The notes under the pieces were generated by a model. The model saw only the letters and a list, made by a program, of their open reading frames with translations, was not told the DNA's origin and did not search any database. The translations under genes were made by a program, and so were the position numbers. From positions 3,427,814 through 3,491,813 of the forward strand of contig NC_134034.1 in NCBI RefSeq assembly GCF_964204645.1: DNA of 64,000 nt, in the 5' to 3' direction. Positions within the stretch are counted from its first letter, which is position 1; each line of letters starts with the position of its first letter. Positions 13,001 to 25,009 of the stretch are shown piece after piece. Source of the stretch: Tubulanus polymorphus. Lineage: Eukaryota > Animalia > Nemertea.

Positions 13001-15748
13001 CCGTGGCAATCACCACGATACCGTCAGGTTCGAGTCCCTGCCGGAGGAACATCAGGTTTGAATCCCTGCCGCGGGGAGGATGTCATATGCAAGTTCTATG
13101 GAGCGTCGTTGCACGGTTTACTGTCCTGACCTCACTTCTCACAGGCTACCGCCCGCGCCCGAACACCCCCCCCCCCCTCGGGAGGATAAGGAGCTCTAAA
13201 AGGCACGTACGTTTGCAAATGGAGAATCTTGTAGGTGTATTGTCCCTCGTTACTGGGTTCATTCTTCACGACTTCGTATCCTTCACCGCCTCCGGTCTCC
13301 AATTTGTTCGATTCTGATATCGTGTAGAGTCTTGCGATTTCGTGCTGAAAATAAACGCTCGATATCAATATGGATAAACATCTTTTGCTTATTACAATTG
13401 CTGGTCGCAAAATACTCGAGTATTGAGGTCCCCGTGCAACCAAATATACCGCTAGATGGCGTGCGTATCAATATTTCGACATTTTCATTCATTTTCAGTT
13501 AACTTTCTTTCAGATTTCTAGCGTTCCGCATAATAAATCCCTTGATATTTGGGATTCCAATATAGTTCGTCTTGTTCATCGCTTGTTGAGAAATTATGGA
13601 TTAAGACTTTCTTTTTCTACTTCATATATGTAATGTAATATGTAGTTCTTATCATGCATAGTACGTTGTCAATCGTCTATGACAAATAAATATCTGATCC
13701 AATATTTCAACTTAGGAAATACAGCCGCAAGACGTAGTCGACGTTTCATCTCCTGCATAGGATTCGATTTTCATTTTATGTTTACCACATGGCGTGTCAG
13801 GCCCCAATATGGTGTGACGAGCCTCAGGGGCTTGTGACGCCATATGCAGCAGGTCAAGATAAGATTGCCCTAGATGGAATTTTGGAGAAATGGAAAATGC
13901 GAGTGTCGCCGACTGAATTCACACTAGCTAACCACTCGCTTGCCACAAGCGGAATCCTCGACTGCTACGGAGTCGTTTTTTTTCATCGAGGCCTATCTGA
14001 TGATATTTGGACTCGGCAGTTTGAAAATCCAGTTTCATGTTGATCTAAAATTGAAACTGAATTCATTTCAGCTTATGTATAACCGACTGATAAAATGGTA
14101 TTCAAAATCATTCGAAAATTCGAGAGTTTGAATCTCTACCACAGCATAGAATTGATATTGTATGCAATGCTGGGTAATTTTCGATTTTGATTCATTCATT
14201 ATCGTGACGTGTGCAATATAAATAGATATGATTTATCGTATTTATTCCATTTACTTAATTGGCCATATATGGTAAATTATCAATTGGACATACGGGTCAA
14301 TTACCAGTACCCAGCCCCAGTTGGTATGAAATTGGCAACAATAGGTCTTTTTAGAGAATGCATATATACAAAAATTTACAATAAGTCATGTAAGTAAAAG
14401 TGAATTACTGCTTGTCCACGCATTCGTGAGAAAAATTAGCAAATTGTAATTGGAAATTCGACATTTGTACGTTGGTATGGTGTACCTAATGACGGGTGGC
14501 CAAAATTTTCTCGACTAGTAATTACGTAGGAACCGAAAAGAAATGAAACGGTGCACCATGTCGCGACGGCTTCTGTCAATCCGGGGATATTGAATTGTAT
14601 GTGTATCGATTAAAGACGTGTTTAGAAGCGTTAAGCACACGCGGCACGTGTCGGATTTAGGTTTTGCGAACAGCCGTTTCTAGACTGGGCTATTCAAATG
14701 CGCATTGATCGTAAAATCCGGAATCAGATGAATATTTGTATCCGCAATCGAATAAGTATCATTGCGGTCGTATACGATTTGATAACATGTAACCTTACTT
14801 TCTTTTGAAATGCCGTTCATGTATAAATGTACAGTTAAGTCAAGCCTTGGCTAGCCTAAGCCAATCCTATCCATATGACACTGATTAAGGGAGCATCTCA
14901 AAATTTCGATAGTTACTTCAATTAGAATAACTCGCGGAAAGGGGGGGGGGTTGGTGGAGGCCTACCGCGGATTCATCACGACTGTGGGGTGTTAAACCAA
15001 TTAGACAGTTATTCTAATTGGCGGAACTATTGAAATTTTGAGATGCTCCCTAAGAATGATAGCTCTGTTGAGTCTTTGGGATGTAATTATGAAGTTTTTA
15101 ACTCACCTCATCCACTGTCATCGGCAGACGTATTCGGCTGCAAGAAAACATGGACAGATCAGAAGCGATATTAGATGATCTCATAGCTCATCTCAGCAGA
15201 CTTGACATATTGGGGTAAATGTATCGTTTTATGAGAGTACCGATATTGACCCCCTCTAGCCCAGTCACGAGTTCTTAGGTGGTCTAAAATGTATACAAAT
15301 CGGTCATCCTTATTACCGAGATGACGTATTTTACCGAGATCAACCGAGATGAAATGAAATATAACATATTTATTTATTCCTTATCGATTTTAACAATTGA
15401 AATCATATTATATCGGTAATAAATGCCGTTAGATTCAGTTGGATTTTGGCGAATCTGTTTTCCGATGAAAAAGTTGGCGAAAATGTTAAGCAAGCAGTGA
15501 CATTAGAAATGACGGATTTATATAACGGGCTTTGACATGTATGTAGGTTTATTCGTTAAGAGAAATTGCCCAGGACGAAACACAAAATATCATCGGCCGG
15601 GGTGTCAACAATTTTACTCTCTTATCGATCAACCGCTAAATAAAACGTCACAGATAAGTCAATACAAAAGAAACATAAACACCTACTATTCTACAATGAT
15701 CGACGCATCTTCTAGGTAAGGTGCCATATCATCGTATTTCGTCGGCAT
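4070..15748 (-). CDS. Class I phosphatidylinositol transfer protein (PITP alpha/beta-like), 10 exons, 274 aa
   Basis: Exons (minus): 15748-15687, 15137-15107, 13344-13211, 12178-12079, 11455-11378, 9964-9881, 9423-9346, 5304-5212, 4824-4702, 4111-4070. All are GT-AG and phase-compatible, 825 nt in total. Motifs: EYRIRLPMTVDE, ETGGGEGYEVVKNEP, GQYTYKILHL, EEAWNAYPKCKT, NPYMKD, IDIAN, EDPTFYHSKTTGRGPL, MCVYKL..FKWFGLQ, CWTDSWHGLTIEDIRKLEEETK. Confidence 0.95.
5760..5968. mobile_element. Foldback/MITE-like element with ~90-bp inverted arms (PITP intron 7)
   Basis: CCACAGTAGATTTGTGGAAAAAGTTTATTTTCTAACCGGTTCGAGGTTAAT is mirrored by ATTAACCTCGAAACCGTTAGAAAACAAACTTTTTCTACAAATCTACTGTGG. Confidence 0.65.
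6946..7986 (-). CDS. FMRFamide-receptor-like class A GPCR nested in PITP intron 7 (same strand)
   Basis: Motifs 'LAVADISFL', 'RNWMTVLIATERVIGIAFPL' and 'SSVNYFLYCLTNDRFR'. The likely start is MSNNT at 7986, 2 nt after a TAACAG acceptor. Confidence 0.9.
   Translation of the reverse strand: MSNNTGRLCGNELQISSAFVRRLILLPIIIVVGIFLNSLNITILKRQSSQHRSIFLLKALAVADISFLVSKFFREFLRHLLNVAVYGATLRRYLERNPRKNERFVGFYELYFAMHLMDNSIKLTRNWMTVLIATERVIGIAFPLFAQAQITKPRISACIFLKYVVFAFFGIALMLRVGNFGHATEVCSGIRVRILHRTKLSPTAKLYRKAQSMFTSLFTNVLPVLLLLALDAILIFVLRNVGKNRANLTRYSKHRNIDREATKMAIAVVVSFLVLQSATSLKPYINLLVKFVRLTPPNSNVAAVIETISKFGTDVLTPLASSVNYFLYCLTNDRFRAETKRIFSRK
8200..8433. mobile_element. MITE with ~30-bp imperfect TIRs (partial related copy at ~4484-4532)
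   Basis: Ends GGCAAACCTCGGTTATCGTAGTTAGTCGAC and GTCGACTAGCTACGGAAACCGAAGTTGGCC, with CTAG at both flanks. Confidence 0.6.
8772..9019. mobile_element. CATC...GATG-terminated inverted-repeat element with a B-box motif near the right end
   Basis: ~20-bp imperfect TIR CATCCTCGCTTGCCAGGGG / CCCTTGACGGGTGAAGATG. It is flanked by the direct repeat AGAGGATGT (8763-8771, 9020-9028), and GGTTCGAATCCC abuts the right TIR. Confidence 0.55.
10152..10441. mobile_element. MITE (Harbinger-like termini), copy 1
   Basis: TIR AGCCGCGATCACACG / CGTGTGATCGCGGCT with repeated subterminal AAATTTGGCCC motifs. A second, longer copy lies inverted at 35669-36011. Confidence 0.8.
12709..13082. mobile_element. Foldback element with ~100-bp arms carrying outward-facing tRNA-type B boxes
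   Basis: Termini CATCCTCCC...GGGAGGATG, with arms including GCCGCAGTAGACCGTGTGCGCAG / CTGCGCACACGGTCTAATGCGGC. The 8-bp flanks TCACACGC / TCATATGC look like a degenerate TSD. Confidence 0.7.
14889..15050. mobile_element. PIF/Harbinger (Tourist-like) MITE
   Basis: ~45-bp TIR GGGAGCATCTCAAAATTTC.. / ..GAAATTTTGAGATGCTCCC with a perfect 3-bp TSD TAA. Confidence 0.85.
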
Positions 15749-18529
15749 CTTGGTTGGTTTAGTTACTTATAGCCTGTGTGTAGACTTCTCGGAACTAGAG
15801 TTTTTGGGTGAGGTTATTTCGACGCCTGTGCCCTACTGTGCGCGTGCTGGTTATAATCGGCAGCTTAAACCCATGTCAGGCGACGTGGTGCTTAAGGTGC
15901 GTGGTGCTTACATATATATAGGCCTACGCAATATCGTATTAAAGTCTATATACGGTATATATTGAGAGGAAAGCGCTGGTTTTGTGAACATGCGGGTCAT
16001 ATATAAAAAAAACGTGCCTGCTTCGGGTAACAAATGCTATGACCTTATACACACGACTTCAAACGCACAAAAGACCGTCGATCGTACGAAGCTTTTTAAC
16101 CAGAATACCCCACTCTGGTCGTTTCCTTAACTTAAAACTCTCAATTCTATATTCCACCTTGCGACAGCCCACGCAGAAGGCTAAATTTTCGCTTTTTAGA
16201 ATTGTGCTTGTTAAAACGATTTGTAACAACTGGCTTTTTGTCGCATTTCAATTCTAATTCCATTGTGACTGTTGAATAAACAAATCCTGCATTAACATAT
16301 AGATGGGGATGTAGAAACTGCTAGGATCTGGAGGGTTATAATCGTAATGTAATAATAATATGGTTATATAACAAAACATCAAAACATACAATAAGAAATA
16401 AATAGATATAAATAGTATCGCAGTTATTCAAAGGAATCAATAATTATGTGTTTTTCATTTACAATAAATATGCGGTAAAGAGAATCAATTAATATATTAT
16501 TACAATGATTAGTCTAGCAAAAACAAACAGTTAACATCAACAGTTCAAAGCAAAATTTGAATCAATGATATGTACCGAGTAGCCTAGCCAGATTTAAATG
16601 ACTTGGACGTTACAGGACAAGTATCATCAATGGAGGTTCATACAAAATATTTTCCATATTATCAGTGAGGATATAACAATCGCACTATGTTCCAAATTTT
16701 AATCAATTTTTATATCACACTTGGACAAGAATCGTATAAGGTGATGTTTTAAATCACCATCAGTGGTAATTACCAAAGCCTTGTATTTCAGAACATTTGG
16801 CGAACGCCAGAAAAAAAGAGGGAAAGTGTAACTTGCGTTCTTTTCGTAATGAATTGCATTCGAGTAAAACATGGAATTCGTCACCTATTTCTGCTATACC
16901 ACATGGGGTCAAATCAATAGACTATTAATTAATAGATGGTTAACCTATATAGTACTACTCGTCTCGTAGTATTCTGACAGGAGCTCTCTTAAGAAAATGT
17001 ATGTATATATGAGAGATGTTAGAAAAATGATGTCAAACAGTAATACAAAATACAGAATCCTAATATCATCTCGGAAATTTTCAATTAATAGTCCCTCAAT
17101 TTAAGCATAACCGTGCACTTCGTTGGTTGAATGGAGGGGCTTTTCAAATGAACGTACGGTTGGTGTGGTCAATATAGAAAGTACGAAGATCGAACGAGGA
17201 CGAGGGGCCTAAAAACGGCTGGGGCAGAATTTACTGTTAGTTATTTGAATGATAGGCTTTGTACCATTGACGGGTAAGATGGGGTTAGGGGAGGTGTGGG
17301 GTTGGTTCCAAGAACTCTAAACATGTGAAGCATTTAGATTCATTTCCCGGCCAATCAATGAATGATTTTCGTTAGCAGAAAATAACAGGATTCTGCATTT
17401 ATGCGCCGTCCATTGGACGGGTATTCAGCTAGTCTATTCTAAACCTGGTTAACACGGCTACTCTACGAATCTTTCTCACTCTGATGAACGGCGGATTCGT
17501 TATCTGGCACACCCGAGCAGTGACATAGTACAATCTTGCCTCCTTGTCTTGGTAGTAAACCTTGCCGCCTTCGGCCAGCATGTCTCAATTGGAATTTTGG
17601 AATTTTGAAATTTGCCATATATATGAAATAGAGATCGTAAAGTTGTAAGTTTCTAATAGCAGGCTCGGCAGACTCCCCCAGCAACGCGCATACTTGCACG
17701 CCAAGTACGTAGCGTCGCGCTCGTCGGAGTCTAGAGATGAGGTTCGAATCCCTGTCGAGAGAGGCTACAGTCGCCCTCAGGGTAGCAAAATGAGTTGCAT
17801 TTTGATTTAATTTTGGTGCTCTTTCAGTCAGTTTCCCTCAAATCTTTCAAGTAGCAAATTTCTTGTCCATGGCTGAGATCTGATCGCTGAAATCTTACTA
17901 TGCCAGACCCCAGTAAGCAGCTTCGGTAGCTCTGTGAGATAAGGCACGATGTTGTTGCATCCACTATCAGTACTGGGTGACAAGCGGGTTCAAGTCCTCT
18001 GGCTACTTACAGTGCGCGGGCAACAATTCAAAGGCCGTCCCGTCGTGAGGTTAAATGGATAAACCAATAGGGTTAGTCTTGGGAAACCAAGATCCAAGCA
18101 GCCAACAAACAACCAGACCCCCGCGGTTGCAAGCGAGGACACCTTAAATTCAAGATTTGCGTCGTAGGCTTCGACAGGAAACCTGAAGCGGGGCATTGAT
18201 TATGGAACGCCGGAGGGAAATCCTAAAAACAGGATCCAAGAATTTTATTGCTGGTGGTTTGTGCCCGGACACGGCGCTGGTGTATACGCGTAGTGCCAAC
18301 CTGTGATATAACAAATCTATCGAACAAGCAGGAAGTTTCTAGCTTGAATCAGTGCCCGGTATTTCGAAAATAGCATCTATATACAAAGGACACGATGGTT
18401 AACAACAAAATACTTACAAAGGAGGAAGGTTTGCTTATATCATATCTCCATATTTCGCTGTATTGCGTCCTTGTATATACACGGAATTTCGGTCGTCTGT
18501 TCGATGTGATCAGTGACAGGCGGAAGAAA

Positions 18530-21436
18530 ATGACTGCGTCTAAACTTCTAATTATCGTGGTTGCGATACTACTGTGCCGCTGCGGTTACATATCGGAAAC
18601 TATCGATACAATCGAAACAACGCCGTGGAGTTCAGAAAGTAATTTAGTGGATTATCAGAAATACCGGTCACTCGGCGGTAGTCTGACGCCGCATTCTGGA
18701 ATACACGACGAGAACCTCAGCAGGCGTTTTTATTACGGTTGTCCGTCAGTGTGTCGCTGTTATTATATACCTTTCAAGCATGTCATTCGTCGGTAAGTTG
18801 AAACCTATTTTTTGTATCAATTATCAAAGTAGGGTGTATCTAGGTCTAAAATCGAAAGGTGGCGTCCAATAGTAAAGTGAAGCAAAGCTTGAAAAAATCA
18901 TATGGAGCAAAAGGGGATGCGCTGGGTACTGGGGATACCCAACAGTGACATCCGAAGGAAAGCCCATTAAATTTGGAGTTACTAGCGATCACTCTCTTTA
19001 AACACATAAATGCCAACCCCAATCCGATGGTAGATAAGCCTAGACTAGATAAGCCCCGACTAGATATATTGCAATTTAAGTGAAACCTATCACGAGATTA
19101 AATCAATTTTTGAAAAATACCGATAGCGCCTAAACATATTTTCCAGGTATGGTATCGCTAACTGCATGAATGAAGGACTCACGAAGTTCCCCCGAATAAA
19201 AGATAACATAAATATGCTTTACTTATCGAAGAATAGGATAAAGAGCATAAAACCGTTGCGCCGATTACCGAGGTTGTTTGTGTTAAAGATAGCGGAAAAC
19301 GCATTGAGTTCACTGGTTGGACGAAAGTCGTTTCATTATCTACCGAATCTGATGGTGCTCGATGTTTCATGTAATCCAGTACGGTTTATTGACAAACATG
19401 TTTTTTTGAAAAGTAAGCAGCTGAAATGGTTCGCTTACAATTTTTTTATGACACGACGTAATACCTTGCTTATACAGAAAGCGTGTCCTACAAAGCACAC
19501 TGTCAAAGATATTCATAATCTGTTTTATTCTTTGCAAAATTGTGTTCTCTTGAAATATCTATATCTACGGGCTGTGTGGCGGTTTGAATCAATTTCGTTG
19601 ACTATGTCGATAGCGAAATATTTACCTGTGCACAATTTGAAGCTTTTAAGTATCATGTTCAACCGAATACCCGAAATAGATATAGGTTTTTTTCATAGGT
19701 TCAAAAGTTTGCAAATCCTGGAATTGAATTATTGCGAAACGAATTTCAAAAAGTATCAATTCAAAGCACTCGTTCATCTTCGCGAAATAGATTTAACACA
19801 GAACAACATCCGGAATTTGAATCTCACTGAATTCATGATATCCCACCCAAAAATATCGGTGTTCAGATCAAAAAATTCTCCAGGTTTAGCGTGCTTCGAT
19901 AATCGCACGTCATTTGGTAAAAACAACAAACTGACTGTACTAAAAATGTTATGTAGTGTTACTGGACGGTTTTCCGGGTCGCCGTGTAACGGGTCTTTAC
20001 TGCGTGGTTATTATGACAGAAATTTCTACTTGAGAAAGGATATAAGGAACCTGCGGAAATTGCGTCGTTTATTGATAACATTAACTAGTCCTTACGTTTT
20101 CTTATGCCTGAAGTCATTCGATCTGTTACCCGAATCTATGCTTGCCATCGTAATACGCAATCTAGCAGGGCCGTTTGTTAATTATTTAGACGAACGATTG
20201 CTTCAAATCGCGTGTAAAAGCCTGATGTGGCAGAGGGTGTTTTATGAACTATCATGGCTGCAACTGACTGGAACGTTTATTGGCAACTGTCCTAGTTATG
20301 TAATCCGTCACATCCTAAGCCGGGTTCCCTCGATAAAGATACTTGAACTCTCCCGAAACGGAATCAAACATTTGGACAGAAACACGTTTGAAGCAACCCC
20401 TAACTTAATGTTTTTGAGGCTAAGGTATAACAGACTGACAATGATTCAACCAGGTCTGTTAAAACCGCTGATAAACCTACGCACTTTGGATTTAGCATCG
20501 AATCAGCTAAAGACGTTCGATCCTACTGAAATCAAGAATTTGAGACGTTTTAAAACCATTTTTCTTCTCGATAACAACTTCGAATGCGATTGTCAATTGA
20601 GAAAGTTGCGTGATTGGCTTATAGAGTTACCAAGTCATAGAAACAAGAAGCATTACCTTTACGGCGTTTGGGCGGCGGCCGTGCACCGTACAACCACTTT
20701 CAAACTTATATGTGCTTCACCCGGAAAACTGGCCGGAGTTCCTGTCGCAGACTTTAAGTTAGATTGGATAGAATGTGACAACCATAAAGATATAATCATT
20801 TCTCTTTCGACTTTATGCGTCGCTGCTATTATAATGGTTATTGGACGAATTGTTGCCAAAAGCCGATGGTCAATTTACTATTGGTGGATGGTAAAAATCA
20901 ATCGATTGCTACCGAAACTATTACGTATAACAACGGTTGACCGTTCTGATAATTTGAAGTTTGATGGATTTTTAAGCCACAGCATGGAAGACCTTCAATT
21001 TGTCTATTTAGATTTTATACCAGAGATAGAAAAATCCAAACATTTCGCTTCGAAGTTCTGCGTCGAGTTTCGAGATTTTACGCTCGGTGGCTACATACAA
21101 CAGAACATCGCCGATGCTGTTTACGGGTCTCGGTGGGTCGTGTTTCTGTTGACCGAATCATTCGTCAAAGAAAGATGGACGGAATTTGTGATAAGCATGG
21201 CGGCGACCCGGTGCGTGGAGGAGGGCAATAACATCATACTCGTGCTCGATATCGATCATATACCCGAATCGCGCATGCCCGAATCCTTGCAGACGATTTT
21301 TTCAAATATCGTTTACATGAAATACCCGCGAGACGTTAAAGCCCGTTCTACGTTTTGGAAAAGAGTTCGTCTTACCCTGATCGGTAAGCAGAAAAGATTC
21401 ATACAACCAGCCAATATGTTTCGATCTAACCGCTAA
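18530..21436 (+). CDS. Toll-like receptor, single-cysteine-cluster type, 2 exons, 850 aa
   Basis: join(18530..18792,19147..21436), with splice sites CG|GTAAGT and TTCCAG|G. Signal peptide MTASKLLIIVVAILLC; LRRNT CPSVCRC..ANC across the junction; LRRs; LRRCT NNFECDCQL..C..C; TM 'IIISLSTLCVAAIIMVIG'; TIR 'FDGFLSHS..FCVEFRDFTLG..FWKRVR'. Confidence 0.92.
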
Positions 21437-22984
21437 TCGATCAACATTACTCGTACATATTTCAACATAATGTACAAACAATGTGATTCTGCGTGGTCTA
21501 TGCCTCACCCCGCCATTCCCCCTCCCCACCCCTAAGGCTACGGAAAAAAACGCTCCGTTGTTTACAACAACTGATCGTCGACTTCACCAGCGCGCAGGGC
21601 TTGGTCTCACAGGCATACATAATAACCACGTATTAACACTAATTTCAACTCACTCGGTTAAAACCCGTTCAAATCTGTAAAACTAGGCCAAAGTTATTAG
21701 AAGAATTATGGTCCTACATTAGACGAATCATGATCTGTTGAATTGTACCATTGAGTGTGTTGAATATATTCAAAAATTATATTGTATGAATTTATAAATA
21801 TGACCTAAAGATGAAAGATACGTATTTCTTTTTACTTGTTTGTCAAAAATATGATTTCGGGTATAATCTTTGTATATGCAAGTGGGTCCATCCATGATGG
21901 GCATTGTACATATATGTGTATAAATAAGAGATGAACTTATGTATAAACCAAGGAATATTTCATATGATGTATTATTTTGTATTCGGGAATGAAAATAAAT
22001 CAAGAAATCTGACTGTAGTTGAAATGAGTATTCGTGCAATTTGCTTTTGGTGTAATCTTTCGTCGAAAAAAACCGAATCAGTTTCTCACTCGGTATCTTG
22101 TCGGACTTTTTGTGTGGATTCTTAAGAGCGTATTTTGCCGATGTACGTATGAACCATAGCCTAGAAGAACGCGCTCCTTTGTAGAAGCTTAAACTGCGAG
22201 ACATGAAGGCTGTTGTTGGCCTAGAATGCTGAGGGCTCAGGTTGCATTCTCTCAGATTCGAACCTCTGATGGTTTGAACGCCTCTATTCGAAACATGTCC
22301 GAACAATTTGTCCGACAAAACTTTTCTTCTCATTATTTTTGTTGAAATTCGTTGATCTAGTACTAACAATCTATATTTGCATAAAATATTACAAACATTT
22401 TAAGTTTTGCAGCTTATCTTGGATATTTGAAATGTCCGATGCAAATAGTTTTGGTATACGATGACGCCAATGATAGGTTTCGACAGCAATAAAACGCACC
22501 TGCTCTGTACGGGCACCTGCTAGATATAGCTATGATATCGCAATAACGACTAGAATAGAATGGAAATTACAAGCATACTTATCATTGACATACGCTTAAA
22601 TATTATTGTAAGGGTTTTTGCGACGTCAAAAATTACGTCACTCCAAAATGTGTTCAGTTGGTTCTACGGTAATTTTATTTTCGGTCATTTTCTCGAAGAA
22701 CGGTAGACATCGGAAATCCAGGACGGATGCGAAAGAGAAACGACTCAGCAAGCAGCTCGGAATACATAACGTAGACTTTACATAATCTCTTTCTTTTTGG
22801 AGGTTAGTAAAATCCATCGACGGTTTGCCGATTGTGTTATCCCCGGCGCGTGATTTCAATAAAATATCTAAGTGAAATACTTTCAGTCGGTACATATGAA
22901 ATCCGTAGACAATATTCTTCGAAATTTCCTGGCTGAATCTGCTTGGAAATGTTAACCTCTGGGCGAATACGAAACTGTTTTCTC

Positions 22985-23085
22985 TTTAACAGCTTGCAAA
23001 ACTAGTGATTGTAAAATCGACAACTGCATTGAGCTATCATCTAACGTAGCGGCTATTACTAATTGGTGGATCCTCACTTGGCACT
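22985..23085 (+). pseudogene. Degenerate copy of exon 4 and the following intron start of the lectin-ShKT gene
   Basis: ACAGCTTGCAAAACTAGTGATTGTAAAATCGACAACTGCATTGAGCTATCATCT..GGTGGATCCTCACTTG aligns with 34371-34482. Confidence 0.65.
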
Positions 23086-24041
23086 GATCGTGGAATCACA
23101 TTGTGGTAGCACATTGGTAACACCTGATAGATCCTCACTTGCCACTAGTGGAATCCTCTATTGCCGCAGTTGTTGATTTCCTACTGTACACTAGCACACC
23201 TGGTAGATCCGCCATTTTAGTGGAATCCTAGATTGGCAACCATAAGCCTACGTCAGGTGCGGATCCAGGTTCCTATGTTCTCACTATTATGTCACTTTCT
23301 GTGTCAAATCAAGGCATAAAGGGCACTGAACTTCAAACTTGTGGTTTTCAGGGGCACTTACTACGCCAAGTCATGCCAAGCGAGGGCACTTTTACGTCAA
23401 ATCCATGGATAATGGGGCATCTCCAAGGGGCACAGACAAAGCTCGACGGTATTCTCGAACCATACCATCCCCCCTCCCCCAGTAACCATTGTCCCAATTT
23501 CGATGATTGAAGAAATCTTGTCCGAGGTGCAGCTCATCTGAAGCTACAATGCATTTAGTAGCGAAAGTTCTTTTCTTAAATTGAACTAGTCAACCTATGA
23601 ATTATTATCTATGTTACATCTATCATATAAACCTTAAAAGGTTTCTTCATGTTTCCCTCCATCTTGAATTTTTGTATCTGTATTACTTTGTACGATTATT
23701 ATAATTCAAAATGGAAAAATAAAATAATGATAATAATGTTCTACAGCTGGTTAACACGCTTGTTCTGCGAATCTTCGCGTTATGAAAATATAGTCGACAT
23801 CCCCCTCATCGTCATTTAGAAAAATCTGTTTCGATTGGTGTACTAAAATCGTGTCTAACAGTTCGTAGACGGCAGCACCAGTCGTCTCTACCGGTTCGGT
23901 TACTTGTGACAAAACGATCGTGAACTTTCGCTTCTACAAAGATTTCATTTTATGATAAAAACGGGTTTCGTTTTTTGATCATCCATCAACATTTTATTTC
24001 ATCGACTCAAACATATTTAACACGATGTGAAATCAGTAATT

Positions 24042-24230
24042 TTATCCCGGGTAGCTGGTTGGTATTCCTCGGTATTTTTTATACGATTCTGAATACCCGC
24101 GACGAGCGAAATCACGGGCAATTTCTTCTTCGGTCGAATCATCAACTTCGGCTTTAGCGTTCACCATCGACCACAAACAGATCACTAACAACATGATCGG
24201 AAGTAAACTTCTCAACATTTTCATCAGCAT
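24042..24230 (-). CDS. Small secreted prepropeptide (signal + acidic propeptide + RR + Tyr-rich peptide ending in Gly)
   Basis: MLMKMLRSLLPIMLLVICLWSMVNA | KAEVDDSTEEEIARDFARR | GYSESYKKYRGIPTSYPG*. The exon acceptor is at 24298; an upstream exon with an in-frame ATG (24397-24391) ends in a GTAAGT donor. A paralog lies at 38018. Confidence 0.7.
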   Translation of the reverse strand: MLMKMLRSLLPIMLLVICLWSMVNAKAEVDDSTEEEIARDFARRGYSESYKKYRGIPTSYPG

Positions 24231-25009
24231 TGACGCTAAAAATGAGGTAATTGTCATTGCATTACCATTATATTTATCATTGGGATTATTCAATTTGTCT
24301 GAAAATTACTTCTTCATAAAAATCAATCTGACTTTAAACACACTATAAGTTACTATTCCGGGTTTCACGCAGACATTACTAATGACTTACCGATCATTTT
24401 AACAATCGTTTAGGCAACGAATCGAAAATTTTTACGAGCAATTTATGAAGCTAAAATCAGAAAAATACACCATAGTTAACAACGGAAATAACATTGTAAT
24501 TGACCTGAAAACTATATCACCAATAGAATGTAAAAACATTGTAATTGCACTGAAAATGCATTGGGAGTAGAATGTGAATTACATTCTAAAAGCAATGTGC
24601 AAACATTGTAAATATATACACTTAAAATACATTGTAAGTATCGTATGAATGCATTGTTAATAAACCGAAAAACAAAAGTTGTTTACATCGAAAATACAAT
24701 GCAAATACATACAAATACGTTATTAATCAATACAATAGAATCACCAATTGCTGATACACAAAAAAATACTATGTCGTTTTACTTCAAGATACTATATGTG
24801 TTCTTTTTGTGTGACGAGGCTGACCCAAAGATGTGTTCATTACGTGCAGCTATGGCATCTATTGCGCACTGAAAACGTTTTGAGGACGTACTACGAATTG
24901 TATCGAGATCGTTACATATCCGTCCCAAAGACGTGCCAAAAAAACGGACAAAATGCCGTCCAAAAAAAACCGTCTAAAATAACCCAATTTACTCATCAAA
25001 TTATAATAC

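Noticed and set aside
16330-18370. Possible LINE remnants between PITP and the TLR
   Set aside because: Only faint motif resemblance; boundaries and family could not be supported.
21770-22369. 199-aa minus-strand ORF
   Set aside because: Non-ATG start, no recognisable motif and AT-rich sequence; likely spurious.
22638-22895. Candidate first exon of PITP (MTENKITVEPTEHILE), which would nest the TLR in PITP
   Set aside because: A better exon with a Kozak ATG, SIIVEY and a GTAGGT donor exists at 15748-15687. No product could be assigned to this ORF.
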